The position numbers were made by a program, and so were the translations under genes. DNA of 64,000 bases, from NCBI RefSeq assembly GCF_028641065.1, contig NC_073409.1:11036001-11100000 (forward strand), written 5' to 3'. The stretch comes from Leucoraja erinacea. Taxonomy: Eukaryota. The notes beneath the pieces are model-generated. The model searched no databases. It saw nothing but the letters and a program-made list of their open reading frames with translations, and had not been told where the DNA came from. Each line of letters begins with the position of its first letter. The stretch's first letter is position 1. This document shows positions 12,112 through 25,214 of this stretch, piece after piece.

Positions 12112-12644
12112 CAATGGCACAACTGGGTGAGTTGTTGCTTCACAACAGTAGAGATCCGGGTTCGATCATGACCTCGGGTGCTGCCTGTGTGGAGTTTGCA
12201 TGTTCTCGGGGGGTGGGAGCTGGGCTCTCAATCACCATAAATTAAATAACGGAGGGGATAAGAATGATCTGTTTAAGGTTTTATCATACCTGTTGCTCTT
12301 GTATAGCTAGATACCGATGTTTTATCTGTTTACATATAATCACAGGTGTTTTGGTTTTGGAAGAGTTTACGTCCCGAGAAAGTACTGCGGTAGGCAAAAG
12401 CATACACATGGAAAATTACTTTTCCACTCTTTAGTTTAGAGATGTCAAATCCATAGCTCGATAACCCAGTCAAAAAATCGAGACATTGAACCATCTTAAA
12501 ACGCTTTGGTTAGTTATCAGGAGTTATAAAACGGTTTAATGCTTAAGAGTGCTCATGTACTAGGAAAAATAATCAAACTTCACGTTGCAATAGCTTAGGC
12601 TGACAACGACAATGACAGTGGGTTGGGGTTATTTTTGATATTGT

Positions 12645-14065
12645 AGAAACATAGAAAATAGGTGCATGAGTAGGCCATTTGATTTGAACCAGCACCGCCA
12701 TTCAATAAAATCATGGCTGATCATCCAAAATCAGTACCCCGTTCCTGCGTTTTCCTCATATCCCTTGATTCCGTTAGCCCTAAGAGCTAAATCTAACTCT
12801 CTTGAAAACATCCAGTGAATTGGCCTCCACTGCCTTCCGTGGCAGAGAATTCCACAGATTCACAACTCTCTGGGTGAAAAAGATTTTCCTCATCTCAGTA
12901 CTAAATGGCTTCCCCCTTATTCTTAAACTGTGACCCCTGGTTCTGGACTCCCCCAACATGGGGAACATTTTTCCTGCACCTAGCCTGTTCAATCCCTTAA
13001 AAATTTTATATGTTTCTATAAGATTCCCTCTCATCCTTCTAAATTCCAGCGAATACAAGCCCAGTCGACCCATTCTTTCCTCATATGTCAGTCCCGCTAT
13101 TCCGGGAATTAACCTGGTGAACCTACGCTGCATTCCCTCAATAGCAATAATGTCCTCAAATTAGGAGGCCAAATCTGCCCACAATACTCCAGGTGTGGTC
13201 TCACCAGTACCCTGTGCAACTCCCTAGCTCCTAAATTAAAATTTGTAATGAAGGCCAATATACCATTAGCTTTAGAAGGAACAGCAGATGATGGAAAATC
13301 GAAGGTAGACAAAAATGCTGGAGAAACTCAGCGGGTGAGGCTGCATCTATGGAACGAAGAAAATAGGCGACATTTCGGGTGGAGACCCTTCTTCAGACAG
13401 AACTTCATTAAGAAGTGACTCGACCTGAAACGTCTCCTATTTCCTTCGCTCCATAGATGCTGCCTCACCCGCTGAGTTTCTCCAGCATTTTAGTCTACCT
13501 GCCATTAGCTTTCTTCACTTCTGCTGTACCTGTATGCTTGATTTCAGTGACTGAAGTACAAGCACACCTAGGATGTTGAACCTCCCCATTTCCTAATCTG
13601 ACACCATTCAGATATTAATCTGCCTTCCTGTTCTTGCCACCAAAGTGGATAACCTCACATTTATCCACATTATACTGCATCTGCCATGCATCTTCCCACC
13701 CACCCAACCTATCCAAGTCACCCTGCAGCCTCATGGCATCCTCCTCACAGCTCACTCTGCCACCCAGCTTTGTGTCATCCGCAAACTTGGATGTGTTATA
13801 TTTAATTCCCTCGTCAAAACCGTTAATATATATTGTAAATAACTGGGGTCCCAGCACTGAGCCTTGCCTGCCATTCTGAAAGACACGTTAATTCCTACTC
13901 TTTGTTTCCTGTCTGCCAATCAGTTCTCTATCTATGTCAATACCCTACCCCCAATACCATGTGCTCTAATTTTGCACACTAATCTCTTGTGTGGGACCTT
14001 GTCAAAGGCTTTTTGAAATTTCAGATATACCACATCCACTGGCTCTCCCTAATCCATTCTACTTT
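12645..14065 (-). mobile_element. CR1-type LINE 3' part (RT and 3' end), interrupted by a PLE-derived insert
   Basis: ORFs LGPQLFTIYIN...SKFADDTKLGG...WQMQYNVDKCEVIHFG, LVRPHLEYC and QRRFTRLIPG...LGLYSLEFRRMRGNLIETYKI...FFTQRVVNLWNSLP. Confidence 0.9.
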
Positions 14066-14534
14066 TCGGGATTGTATCAAAAGTTGGCAACCGATGTTTG
14101 ATGTCAGCTTTTGAAAAGGGAGACACATGGAGCAAGGTGAAGGCATGTAAACCTAGCACCTTTTATGATCTCTTTAAATTAAAATAGCCACAACTACATG
14201 CATTCAGGGATCCTCTCAGTGATCAGTTGTATTAAAGCATGAACATGAGGTTAACTGTAAGATTGAGATTGGTGTGAGCTGGATATTTAATGAATCAATC
14301 ATATTGACATGAATGGGATCAAATTACCCACTGACTGGTTCAATTAAATTTTTAGCATCGTACATGTTTTAATTATTGATTTTGCAATGATATTGTACAG
14401 CGCACTCGTGCAAAGTAGGTGATCAAGTGACAGATTTGGCAAAAAAGATCTGAAATAACTTGATAAGAGAGAGCTATTGTAATATTGATGACAACTGAGC
14501 TTGTTTGTATTGGACTGAGTGCTTATGGAGTGGG

Positions 14535-14720
14535 ATGTTATCTAGGGTCGAGTCCCACGCCAGGCTTGAGCATACGAACATGACTTTGCACTCCCAGTGC
14601 AGTACTGAGAGAGTGCTGTGCTGCCTGAGGTGTCCTTATGCAGATGAAACACTGAGCTGAGGCCCTAATCTGCTGCACAAAGGCATAAATCGCCATGATT
14701 CTAAGAGACTGCTGAAACAG
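14535..14720 (+). mobile_element. Old LF-SINE/Deu-SINE-like fragment
   Basis: GGGTCGAGTCCCAC...CCCAGTGCAGTACTGAGAGAGTGCTG...GATGAAACACTGAGCTGAGGCCC resembles the 5' part of LF-SINE-like elements as recalled. Confidence 0.45.
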
Positions 14721-14948
14721 AATAAAGATGTAAAAAATCCGAGGAAAGTAGAACTTGTGCGATTGGTTGTCATGGACTCGATGGACCGATGGGCTATTTC
14801 CATGCTGTACGTCTAAACTAAACTGAGGAACAACAGGAAACACCTGGATCAGACATTGTTATATTGGGCACTGTACAGACCTGAGACATGTTGCACTGTT
14901 GTAGTACACATCAGTGGAGTTAGAAATAAGATTTATATTTCAGTTTAG

Positions 14949-15263
<315 letters not shown>

Positions 15264-15914
15264 TAAGAATCCTGCTTGCTACTCAGTGATGTTGACATCC
15301 AATGATAATAAGATAACTTGGTCCTGTGACCATTCATACTGAAGATCTACTCATGCCAAATCATGTTTGTGGTAACAGAGGCACACCAGGATACTGCACT
15401 TCATTGCCCCCACTTACCCGGCACTCTCCCTCAGATCTCACCCTAGCAAATGTGACCCAACCCATCAGCCCCCACCCTCCACCACCACTGCCCTCTATTT
15501 CCCCCACCACCCCCAACACCCTGGAAGCTACTACACATCACCATGCAGCCATTGGGACTCTGCCCATCATCTCCTGCACTACGCAATACCCTTGAAACTT
15601 CCCCACACCGTTCCTCTGGATCCTGCTCATCAATCTTCCTCCTCCAACCAACATCCAGAATACACCCCATTCTTCACCCCTAGGCTCCCCCCCCCCCCCT
15701 CGAGCACTCAGGAACCTGCCTGTTCCCACCCCAGCTGCCGGGACCATGATTTTCTACTCCCTTTCCCATCCCTTCCCCTTGCATGGGCTTTCAGTACCTA
15801 TTCCACCTTTGCTAGCCTATGTGTCTGCTTACAGTTTATTGCTCTACAACAAAATTTGATTGCTTTCCAAAGCTCTTTTGTTCTCATTACTTTACCTGTG
15901 ACTCCATGTTTCAG

Positions 15915-16020
15915 GCACGATTGTTTGATGAGCCGCAGCTTGCCAACCTCTGCTTGGACATCATCGACAGAAACGTCGCAGATGCTATCAATGCAGAGGG
16001 CTTCACCGATATAGATCTAG
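15915..16020 (+). CDS. BTBD1: BTBD1 coding exon 3
   Basis: 106 nt, tcag|...|gttagt; [35 protein letters not shown] (BACK domain). Confidence 0.95.
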
Positions 16021-16966
16021 GTTAGTGACTAATGTTCCCCATAAAAGTTAGCTCAAAGGTTCCCTTTAGTTCAGTGTCAGCGATGCAATCCGAATGATAA
16101 CTTCAGCAGGTCTCACTATGCAAAAATGTAGCGCATAGCAGTAAGAGTACCTGTGCTAGAATTCACCACCTTAAAATGCAAAAATGAAATGAATGAACAG
16201 AAATGGCTATCAGTAATACTCAGCACATGTGAATCAGCTCTTGGCTGTTCACTATCTTCCCCTCATGTTGCTCCAGAGTCCAAGATGACAGTGCCGAGGG
16301 AGCACTGTATGCTGCCAGAAGGGGTGGTGCCAGAGAGGGGATGCTGAGGGTGTGCCCCACTGTGGGAAGGCAGATGCTGAGGAAGCACCACGCTATGGAA
16401 GGGATAATATGGAGGGAGCATCGCAGTGTGGGAGGGGAGATACATGCACAGGGAGTGCTGCAGTGCCACAGATGCTGTCTTCCAAATGAGAATGTTTCAT
16501 GGCCCTTTTGCTCTTCTGGAATGGAAGGATGAATTGACCCTTCAGTTTGAAGAAAAGCAGGTTGGTTTTTTTGGTGGAGGCACAATAAACAGCAGATACT
16601 GGAAGCTGAAGCAACAAAAGGCAAACAACAGCCGGATGAAGGATCTCGTCGACAGTCATTGCCTGACCTGCTGAGTTCTCCCAGCTGCTCTTTTTTTGCT
16701 ACTAATTTCCCTCAGTACCCTGCATAATATGTATTACTCAATTAACAATGCAGATGATTGGCTCATGCTCATTGACGGTGGTGTTTTGCACAATACAACA
16801 ATGACTAGACATTTAAAAAAAAAAACTGTTGTCTGTATGGTTTTCATGAAAATTCTTTGGGCAAGATGCTGCAGCAGAAATGCCAGCTTTTCCAGTAATA
16901 CATCGCATATGCAACAGTAACGGAGATTTTGAAGGCTTAGACCATTTTCTCTCCTTCTTCTCACAG

Positions 16967-17164
16967 ACACGCTGTGTGCAGTGCTGGAGCGCGACACGTT
17001 GAGCATCCGTGAGATCCGGCTGTTTGCTGGAGTGGTCCGCTGGACAGAAGCAGAATGCCAGAGGCAACAGCTGCCAGTCACTCCGAGGAACAAGCAGAAG
17101 GTGCTGGGGAGAGCCGTCGGCCTTGTTCGATTTCCACTCATGACCATCGAGGAGTTCTCTGCAG
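16967..17164 (+). CDS. BTBD1: BTBD1 coding exon 4
   Basis: 198 nt, acag|...|gtcagc; [65 protein letters not shown]. Confidence 0.95.
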
Positions 17165-17783
17165 GTCAGCATGAGTTTAACTGATCTTGGAGAGAAAGGT
17201 GATGCAATGGCCATTGGAGCGGAAGGAGATAGCAGCATCACACCGAGTGGGTGGGTAACTGTGAGTCAAACAAACCATGAGCCGAGATCCAACAGTCTGT
17301 TACTGTGGCCAAACAAGTCCGGTTGATTTTTGTTGATGAATAGGTTATTTGGAGTGGGTGTCAGGTTTAAGTAACTACCACGAAGCCTGCTTAGATTATT
17401 TCACAGACCAGAAAAGCTGATTGACCCTATGCTGCGGTTATTACGTTTATCGATTAAAATAAAGGTTTAAAAAAAAACAAAGATTTTAAATCGGCAGTCT
17501 GCATGATTTCTAAGCACCCTTGAAGGAAATGTTGCTTTGTTTTTAGGGATTCCGGTAAACTGCGATGGGGCAGTAGGTTGGAAGGTTAAGGTGACTGAAT
17601 AACTTTTAAAAATAATTAGTTAAATATGTAAATGGACACACTTAAAAGGAAAGAGCTGGAATGTGAGGCTATTTGGAAACACTTGAGCCTCCTACGCATT
17701 GAAATTCTTGGAATGTCGGCCATGCTGCCCGGATAGTAATGGTGCAGTACTAAAAATAATCTGTGTGCGTTCTCTCTGTTCAG

Positions 17784-17976
17784 GACCAGCTCAGGCTGGG
17801 ATACTGTCTGACCGAGAGGTTGTTAATCTATTTCTACACTTCACCTTGAACCCCAAACCACGGGTGCAGTACATTGACCGACCGCGCTGTTGCCTGCGTG
17901 GCAAGGAGTGCAGCATCAACCGCTTTCAGCAGGTGGAATGTCGCTGGGGCTACAGTGGAACAAGTGATAGGATCAG
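17784..17976 (+). CDS. BTBD1: BTBD1 coding exon 5
   Basis: 193 nt, tcag|...|gtgggc; [65 protein letters not shown]. Confidence 0.95.
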
Positions 17977-17994
17977 GTGGGCAACCTACGCTGA

Positions 17995-18870
17995 CTAGCA
18001 AACCTGTGCAGCTACACAACTCTGGCTGTCATATGCCAAAGCATACTTGAAAAGTGTAATGTGTTGCACTTCAGGTGGTTGAATATAAGGGGAAGGTATG
18101 CAGTTAATGGCAAGATCCTTAACAGCATTGATAATCTTGAGGCCTAAGTCCATAGCTCTATGAAAATGGCAACGCAAATAGATAGTGGTAAAGAAGGGAT
18201 ATGGTATGCTTGCCGTCATCTGTCGGGATAGGAATTCGTGGTGCAGCTTTATAAAAATTTGGTTCGGCTGCATTTGAACTGATGTGTGCAGTTCTGGTTT
18301 CCCCATTACAGAAAGTGTGTGGAGGCTTTGAAGAGGGTGTGAAGACATGTGGTATGCTTGCCTTCATCGGTCGGAGCATTCAGTACAAGTCAAGAAGTTA
18401 TATAACGGCAGAGGGAGAGACCTAGTAGACATATGTAATATAAGAGGCATAGATAGGGTAGGCAATCAGAAACTTTTTCCCAGGATGGACATGTCAAAGA
18501 CTATTGATAGGGGACGATCAGCCATGATCACAATGAATGGTGGTGCTGGCTCAAAGGGCAGAAAGGCCTCCTCCTGCACCTATTTTCTGTTAGAGGGTAT
18601 AGCTCAAAGGGGTAAAGCTCAAAGGCGATATGTCTGGCAGGTTTTTAACACAGAGCCTGGCGGGTGTCTAGGGCACAATGCCAGGGGTGTTGGAGAATAT
18701 AGATATGATCATAGTATTTAAGAAGCTTTTAGATAGACACTTGATATGGAGAGAATGGAAGGGATGTGGATCACGTGCAGGCAGAGCAGATGGGTTTAAC
18801 TTGGTATCATGTTCGGCACAGATGTTGTGGCTAAAGGCCCTCCTCCTGTGCTGAGTTTTGTGTTCTATAT
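17995..18870 (+). mobile_element. Degenerate CR1-type LINE 3' fragments
   Basis: Decayed CR1 motifs (gtatgcttgcc-ttcatc, ctgcatttgaac...tgtgcagttctgg, tttaagaagcttttagatagacac). Confidence 0.65.
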
Positions 18871-18945
18871 TAAAGCTTAAATCTACAGGAATGCATTTGG
18901 AAAGTGTCCGGGAAGTAACTGCTTTTCCCATCCTTATGTCTGAAG

Positions 18946-19033
18946 ATTTTCAGTGACGAGAAGAGTGTGTGTCTTGGGCTTCGGACTCTATGGATCTATA
19001 CATGGGCCAACTGACTACCTGGTCAACATACAG
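18946..19033 (+). CDS. BTBD1: BTBD1 coding exon 6
   Basis: 88 nt, gaag|A TTT TCA...CAG|gtgtgt; [29 protein letters not shown] (PHR domain). Confidence 0.93.
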
Positions 19034-19264
19034 GTGTGTGAGATTTCCTGTGGCCAATCGGTGATACCACAAAATATCTTATGTACAGTAAGATTGTAAT
19101 TGGCTTTGATGTGGGGAGGACATGAGACTTGTATCAAGCCCCTACTCCTGCAATCATAATGACTGAAATGTTTAAAATATTATGAATGACTTTGTGCTGT
19201 CCCTTTTTTGTGGCTATTGATGCTACCAATTTGTACACTGGGAGCAAGGTAAGATTTGGTATCC

Positions 19265-19425
19265 GGAGATTGGCTGGGCAAGAGAATGGTGAGAGCTGGT
19301 GAATGGTGATTGGCTGGGCAGGAGCATGGTGATTGGTTGGGCATGAGCTGGTGCATGGTGATTGGTTGGTCAGAGGTCAGTACATGGCGATGGTTGGGCA
19401 GGAGCATGGCCATTGGCTGGGCAGA
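19265..19425. repeat. Degenerate minisatellite (GATTGGYTGGGCAGGAGCATGGT-like units)
   Basis: About six imperfect repeats of gattggctgggca...catggt in BTBD1 intron 6. Confidence 0.65.
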
Positions 19426-19546
19426 AGCAAGGATACAATGTGGGGGCAGGTATGGGGAGTTTGGCTGTTCAGAATGTACACTGAGTGGCGAAGTAGGATC
19501 TTGCGATCATTGATAATTAATGGTGATTTTTTGTCCTTTGTTTCAG

Positions 19547-19690
19547 ATCATTGAAAATGATAATGCAACAATAGCCCAAAATGACACTGGATTTTGCTGT
19601 GATGGATCTGCAAGCACGTTTAGGGTCATGTTCAAGGAGCCTGTTGAGATATTGCCAAATATCGTTTACACTGCCTGTGCCACTCTCAAG
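19547..19690 (+). CDS. BTBD1: BTBD1 coding exon 7
   Basis: 144 nt, ttcag|...|gtacca; [48 protein letters not shown]. Confidence 0.95.
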
Positions 19691-20634
19691 GTACCATTCA
19701 TTGTCCTCAGGATCCTCACAGGCACACTGCTTCCAAACTTGCCCACACGCATCATCCTCACAGGAAATCTTGCCTTCCGTCACTTCTTGGATCCAGCTTG
19801 TTCCATCTTTACTTCCCTCTTCTCCAGAAAGTGTTCCCAGATTTGATAAATGCAAGTCTTGCCAAGGCCCTTTAGGCACTCTGATAACGGATCGTTGTCT
19901 GTAAATCTGCAGTGTGCTTGAGTGCAAGGATACATTAAACTAATTCTGACATTTAATTGCACGTCCTTAAATGCCTTTGAGAAGGTAACATTGAGCTATC
20001 TTTTGAAGTGCTCTAGTCCTTGAGGTATGGGTATAGCCACGTTGGTGTTAGGGATTCTACTTGGCTACTTTACAGCCCAATTATATGAAGATTAAATTTT
20101 CCATTTTCAGGTAACCCGCCTGTTTGGTGCTCTCCTCTGCACACACTTACCTGTCCACCTAGTTTCCTTCTCCTATTGTGTAACTTTCCCATTCTCTCTC
20201 CCACTTGCTTTCATCTGCCTATCATCCCCTCCCATCTGGTTCCATCAATCGCCAGCTAGTTTCTATCCCATCCTGCCTCACATTGTTACAAACTGGCAAT
20301 TTTTCCTCTCTGTTTGTCCTGATGCAGGGTCTTAATCCAAAACATTGACGTACACCTTTAGCCTCCACGGATGCTTCCTGACCCACTAAATGCTTCTGCA
20401 TCACTGTACTGCCCTAAACGCAAAGTTTACAAGGCAGATCCCTTAATAAATGATGTAAAAATTAGTTTATGACAAGAATCGACAGATGATGGTGAAAATT
20501 AATGGACTATAGATGAATCCTTTTATGGATCACCATTTGTGTTGTACATTGCAATCTAACTGAAGCTGTGATCTGGGTCACTATTACCCCTCGAGCAGCT
20601 CCTGACACATTTGTCCCTCTTTTGTCTCTTCTAG

Positions 20635-20796
20635 GGGCCTGATTCTCATTATGGCACCAAGGGATTGCGGAAGGTCCAACATGAGTCATCCGTGACTGGG
20701 ATCAACACCTCCTTTGTCTTTTTCAATGTGCTGGGGAACAATAATGGAACGTCAGTGGAAGATGGGCAGATCCCCGAAATCATCTTCTTCACGTAG
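20635..20796 (+). CDS. BTBD1: BTBD1 coding exon 8 (stop codon)
   Basis: ctag|GGG CCT GAT...ACG TAG; [53 protein letters not shown]. Confidence 0.95.
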   Translation, partial: GPDSHYGTKGLRKVQHESSVTGINTSFVFFNVLGNNNGTSVEDGQIPEIIFFT

Positions 20797-22283
20797 CATG
20801 GCTTGGAGCACAGGAATTCAATCTCACAGAGTCCATCTGTTATACGCTGGGATTACTGTTTTCTGTTTCATTGCTATTTGTTGATTTCCTCCCTTAGAGA
20901 TGCTGCTCATCACAGGGAAACAGCAGTGAAATTATAGCCAGAGGTAACTTAATGTGAGCTCCTCCTAAGATTTTCAATTTACTGTGGGGCTAGCAAGTTC
21001 CCATGAAGTTTGGCAGAGAATGCTGAGTGGGATATCCCACGATTAAACCAGAAAGCTATACCAGTTGACTGGACTGCCTATGTTCCCATTACAAGTAAGC
21101 AGGAAATTCAGCACCACAACATTGTGTATGAAGAACTTCAAAATGGATGCACTTTCTGCCACAGTTGCACTTTGTTGTCTTATAGGGTATCTGTTCCTCA
21201 CAGAATTATGCTCAGATTGCATTTTCTACTGACCTAATTCTTTTGATCCCAGTTACTTCTTGCTACTTCCCGTTGAGAGCTAATCACTTACCAGGTGCTG
21301 AAGTGCCTGAGGTGCCTACTGACCATGGTCCACCTATCGCAAGCTTCAGCAGAGCGGGGAAAGAGCATCCCTCATCAATCCTAAGTGTTAATCTCCCTTC
21401 CACCACTACTTTACTTATCGCAACCTACCACTAAAGTGCCTTAACTTATTGATCAGGGATTTGACGGGCGGCTAATTTACAGTGTTCCTGCGACTGGTAA
21501 GGGGATTAAGAAGCCACCAGTGAAAATCAATCTAGGCTGCTTAAAATATTATTTGTATAAATTAAATTAGAGCTGAGAAATTAAAGGGTCATCATAGAGG
21601 ATCCTTGCTTTTATAATATGTTTATTGTTGAAGACTAGATTTTTGTTTTTATGCTTTGTCTGCTCCATTCTTTCACCTAATTGTTACAACTTTCTGACAA
21701 ATTGATTCTGTAGAGAATTATTTATACAAAAACACTCTTGCAAAGGAAAAAAATGCTGGTGGAATTTTAAACATTGTTTAATATAAAATAAGTGAACATG
21801 GTATAATCTCTAAAGAATATTTTGCGTCAAGTAGGCACAATTTTAAAATTGGAGTTAAATCTTTGTAGATGGAGTTAGACGTGGGTGATGTCAGGAAGAC
21901 CTTACACAAAGACTAATAGAAATCTAAAATTCTCTACCACAATATGACTAAGCATGCTGGAAGTTCCCCAGGTCTACCCTAGAAACAATGATTTTTCAAC
22001 AGCGATCAAGCGATCTGCTAGACATCTCTTTCTAAATCTGGGGAATCTCTTTTTTTAATATATTTTTCTTTTGGTAAAATGTTAGAAATGCTTGACTTGA
22101 ACTGCATACCAGAGACATAGTATAAAATTAACTGACAGTTGCAGGAGGGACCAGCCATATCAAACGTGCAATTGATATGTTCCAATACTAACAAAATCAT
22201 CCTAACCTGGATATGGTAGTCATCCAAGGCATCAGGGTATGATCTGACCCAAATCTAAATGTTTTTTAAGCCAAAGCATAGTT

Positions 22284-22379
22284 GGGTCTGAAGAAGGGTC
22301 TCGACCCAAAACATCACCCATTCCTTCTCTCCAGATATGCTGCCTGTCCCGCTGAGTTACTCCAGCTTTTTGTGTCTAT
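22284..22379 (+). mobile_element. 96-bp PLE-derived short insertion starting at a hammerhead-like motif
   Basis: GGGT CTGAAGAA GGGTCTCGACCC AAAACATC ACCC..., flanked by the direct repeat CATAGTT (22277-22283 and 22380-22386). Confidence 0.7.
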
Positions 22380-23920
22380 CATAGTTAAGTTCTCTCTGGC
22401 TTGCGATCTGGCAGGGTGATTTGGGCACTTTTTTATTTCATATTGAAGTCCAGGTTGTTGGGCACAATATTTGGTTATTGACTACAATATTGGACCGGTT
22501 ATACTATGCCAGTAATTACTTGAAATGTGTCATGTGTTTTTGTCACTCGTGGTTCATCACTGCAGGATAAATCAATTTACTGGGCAAGTTCTAACTCAAA
22601 TCCCAGGCGATAGTAATTAATTCCACAAGCTTTCGAGTCTAAGGAAGATCCTTTGTAGATGCAAGAGACAGCTAGAGTTCTGAGTGCCCAGCCTGGTTCA
22701 GACAATGAAGGGGTGGGAGATGGTTCTGGACAAACACCAGCTCATCTCAAGGTGGGTATGATGAGTCAGCTGGAGGAAGAAAAGACAAACTCCAAAATAG
22801 TTGTATTTACTTTTCTGCAGGGTGAATGAAATGCAATTTGTAACCTCACTGAAAGTCAAATAATTGCAGATGATAAAAATCCAAAATAAAGATAAAATGC
22901 TGGAAACACTTGGGAGGTCAGGCAGTATCAGTGGAAAGATCTGAACTATTAACTCTTGTCTCTTACCAGTTATTGGGGGGCTGGAGAGTATGGACATGCT
23001 TCGAGTTACAGTCATACATCAATTTCCCTCCTGGGATAAATAAAGTTCGATCGTATCAGAGAAACAGGCTCTTTGGCCTCCCATGTCCATGCTGACCATC
23101 ACATACCCATTGTTTTCTGGGTTTTTTTGTAATCTCGTTTCTTTAGTCTGTGATCCTGATTATTTAGAATATGCGGAACGGGTTGATTCATAGTGTGTAT
23201 GAAGGAACTGCTGGTTAAAACCAAAGATAGACACAAAATGCTGGAGTAACTCAGCAGGACAGGCAGCATCTCTGGAGAGAAGGAATGGGTGTTGTTTTGA
23301 TTGATTTAGGTTGCTTAATAGGATGATCAATTGTCTACCAGTCCCATTACAGACCACGTCAATTGGAATGCCAGAAAGAGAACAATGAAATAAGAATCAG
23401 ATCGGTGAAACGTTTCATGCAAGGTGTGCATCATGGAGTCTCGGCACCACTGGAGTTGAAGGCAATGTAATTTACAAAACAAAAAGTACCAAGGAGTTCA
23501 GCTGTACATCTATGGTCAACTCTTGACTTTTTTTTTAAAAGATACGGAGGATGAAAGTGCTCAGTAAGTCAGGTGGCGTCTACGGAGAGACAAACAGAGT
23601 TAATGTTTCAATGTAATAAAAAGGAACTTAAGATGCTGGTTTATACCAAAGATAGATACAAAGTGTTAGAGTAACTCTGGGTCATGCAACATTGCTGGTG
23701 AAAATGGATAGGTCATGTTTCTGGTTGGGACCCTTCTTCAGAGTTAATGTTTCAGGTATTCCATCAGACCAAACCAAGGTATTGGAGAGAGGATATTTAG
23801 TTTGAAAGTAATTGACTGGATAGTAGTTAGGAATGCAATTGCCAGGAAATATATATTTTTTAAACTACAGATATGAGGTGAATAAGGAACTTCATTGAGT
23901 ATGTATTAGTTATAAGATCA

Positions 23921-24135
23921 CCGGGCAGTCACGGTGGCACAGCGGTAGAGTTGCTGCCTTTCAGCAAAATGCAGCGCCAGAGACCCGGGTTCGATCCCGA
24001 TCTGTATGGAGTTTGTACGTTCTCCCCGTGATCTGCGTGGGTTTTCTCTGAGATCTTCGGTTTCCTCCCACACTCCAAAGACGTTGTACAGGTTTGTAGG
24101 TTAATTGGCTTGATAAAAATGTTAAATTGTCCAAG
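23921..24135 (+). mobile_element. tRNA-derived SINE (HE1/V-SINE-like)
   Basis: GGGCAGTCACGGTGGCACAGCGGTAGAG...GGTTCGATCCCG...GGTTTCCTCCCACACTCCAAAGAC. Confidence 0.8.
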
Positions 24136-25214
24136 TTGGTGATATGCAGAGTACTGCCCTGCCGACTACAAAATTCAGATGGTTCAGAAGGTTATAAAAA
24201 AAGTAATATGGGAGTACTGGAATGTTTGTTGATGTTGGTAAATCCCTGCCCCCCCCCCCCCCTCCCCACTTATGCAGGAGGTGGCTATGGGTTTAGTGGA
24301 TGGACAGGCTGTGTAGATTTCGGAACAAGTCCTTGGTAGCTAAGAAAACCAGACATTTAAGGAAGGAGAGCGAGAATAAACATAACTACTAACCAAGCCT
24401 GACATCAGTAACATGGAAAATGCTGGAAATCTGTTAAGAAAGGAGCAATCGGATTGAACAGAGGAAATGGGGAATGATGAAAGGGAAACCATGTTTGAAA
24501 CATTTGTTGAATTTTATTTGAAATTGTAACTTGCATAATTGATTACGATGCATCAGTTGTAATGTATTTTGACTTTCAGAAAGTCTTTGCACAAGATTAT
24601 TAAACAGCAATGAATAATATGGCATTGGGGGTAATATTGTTGTGGATGGTGGGTTAGTTAATGGATAGAAAACAGCATAGGGATTTTTGAATTGGAATGA
24701 TGTGAGCAGTGGGGTACCACAGAAATCAGTGCCGGTTGTTCATACCTCCATCGTTGATTTGGATAAGGGAATCAAGTGTTATATATGTAAGCTTATTAAT
24801 GATACAACACTGGACACAACAATGAAATAACCTTTCCTTCAATGTTAACAAGCCGAGAGAGCTAGTCATCGACCAGCAAAGGGGATGGTATTGATGCCAT
24901 ACATTGATGCCAAAGTGGCGATTTTTTTAGTTCCTAGATGTAAATATCATCAATACCTTGTCCTGGTTCGACCACATTGACACCGCAGCCAAGAAAGCAC
25001 ACGAACCTCTACATCTTCAGCATTCTAAGGATGTTGTGGTATGTCTCCAATGGCACTTACCAAATTCTACAGATGCACTGTAGAAAACATCCTATCTGAA
25101 TGCGTCATAACTTGGTTTGCAACTGCTCTAACAAGATTGCAAGACATTGCAGTTATGGGTGCAGGTTTTTGTGTCCATCCTCAGTGTAAAGCAGCATCTG
25201 CAGTTCCTTCCTCC

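Noticed and set aside
23921-24000. Possible tRNA gene (A and B boxes)
   Set aside because: It is the tRNA-derived head of a SINE continuing into the SINE body; no complete cloverleaf.
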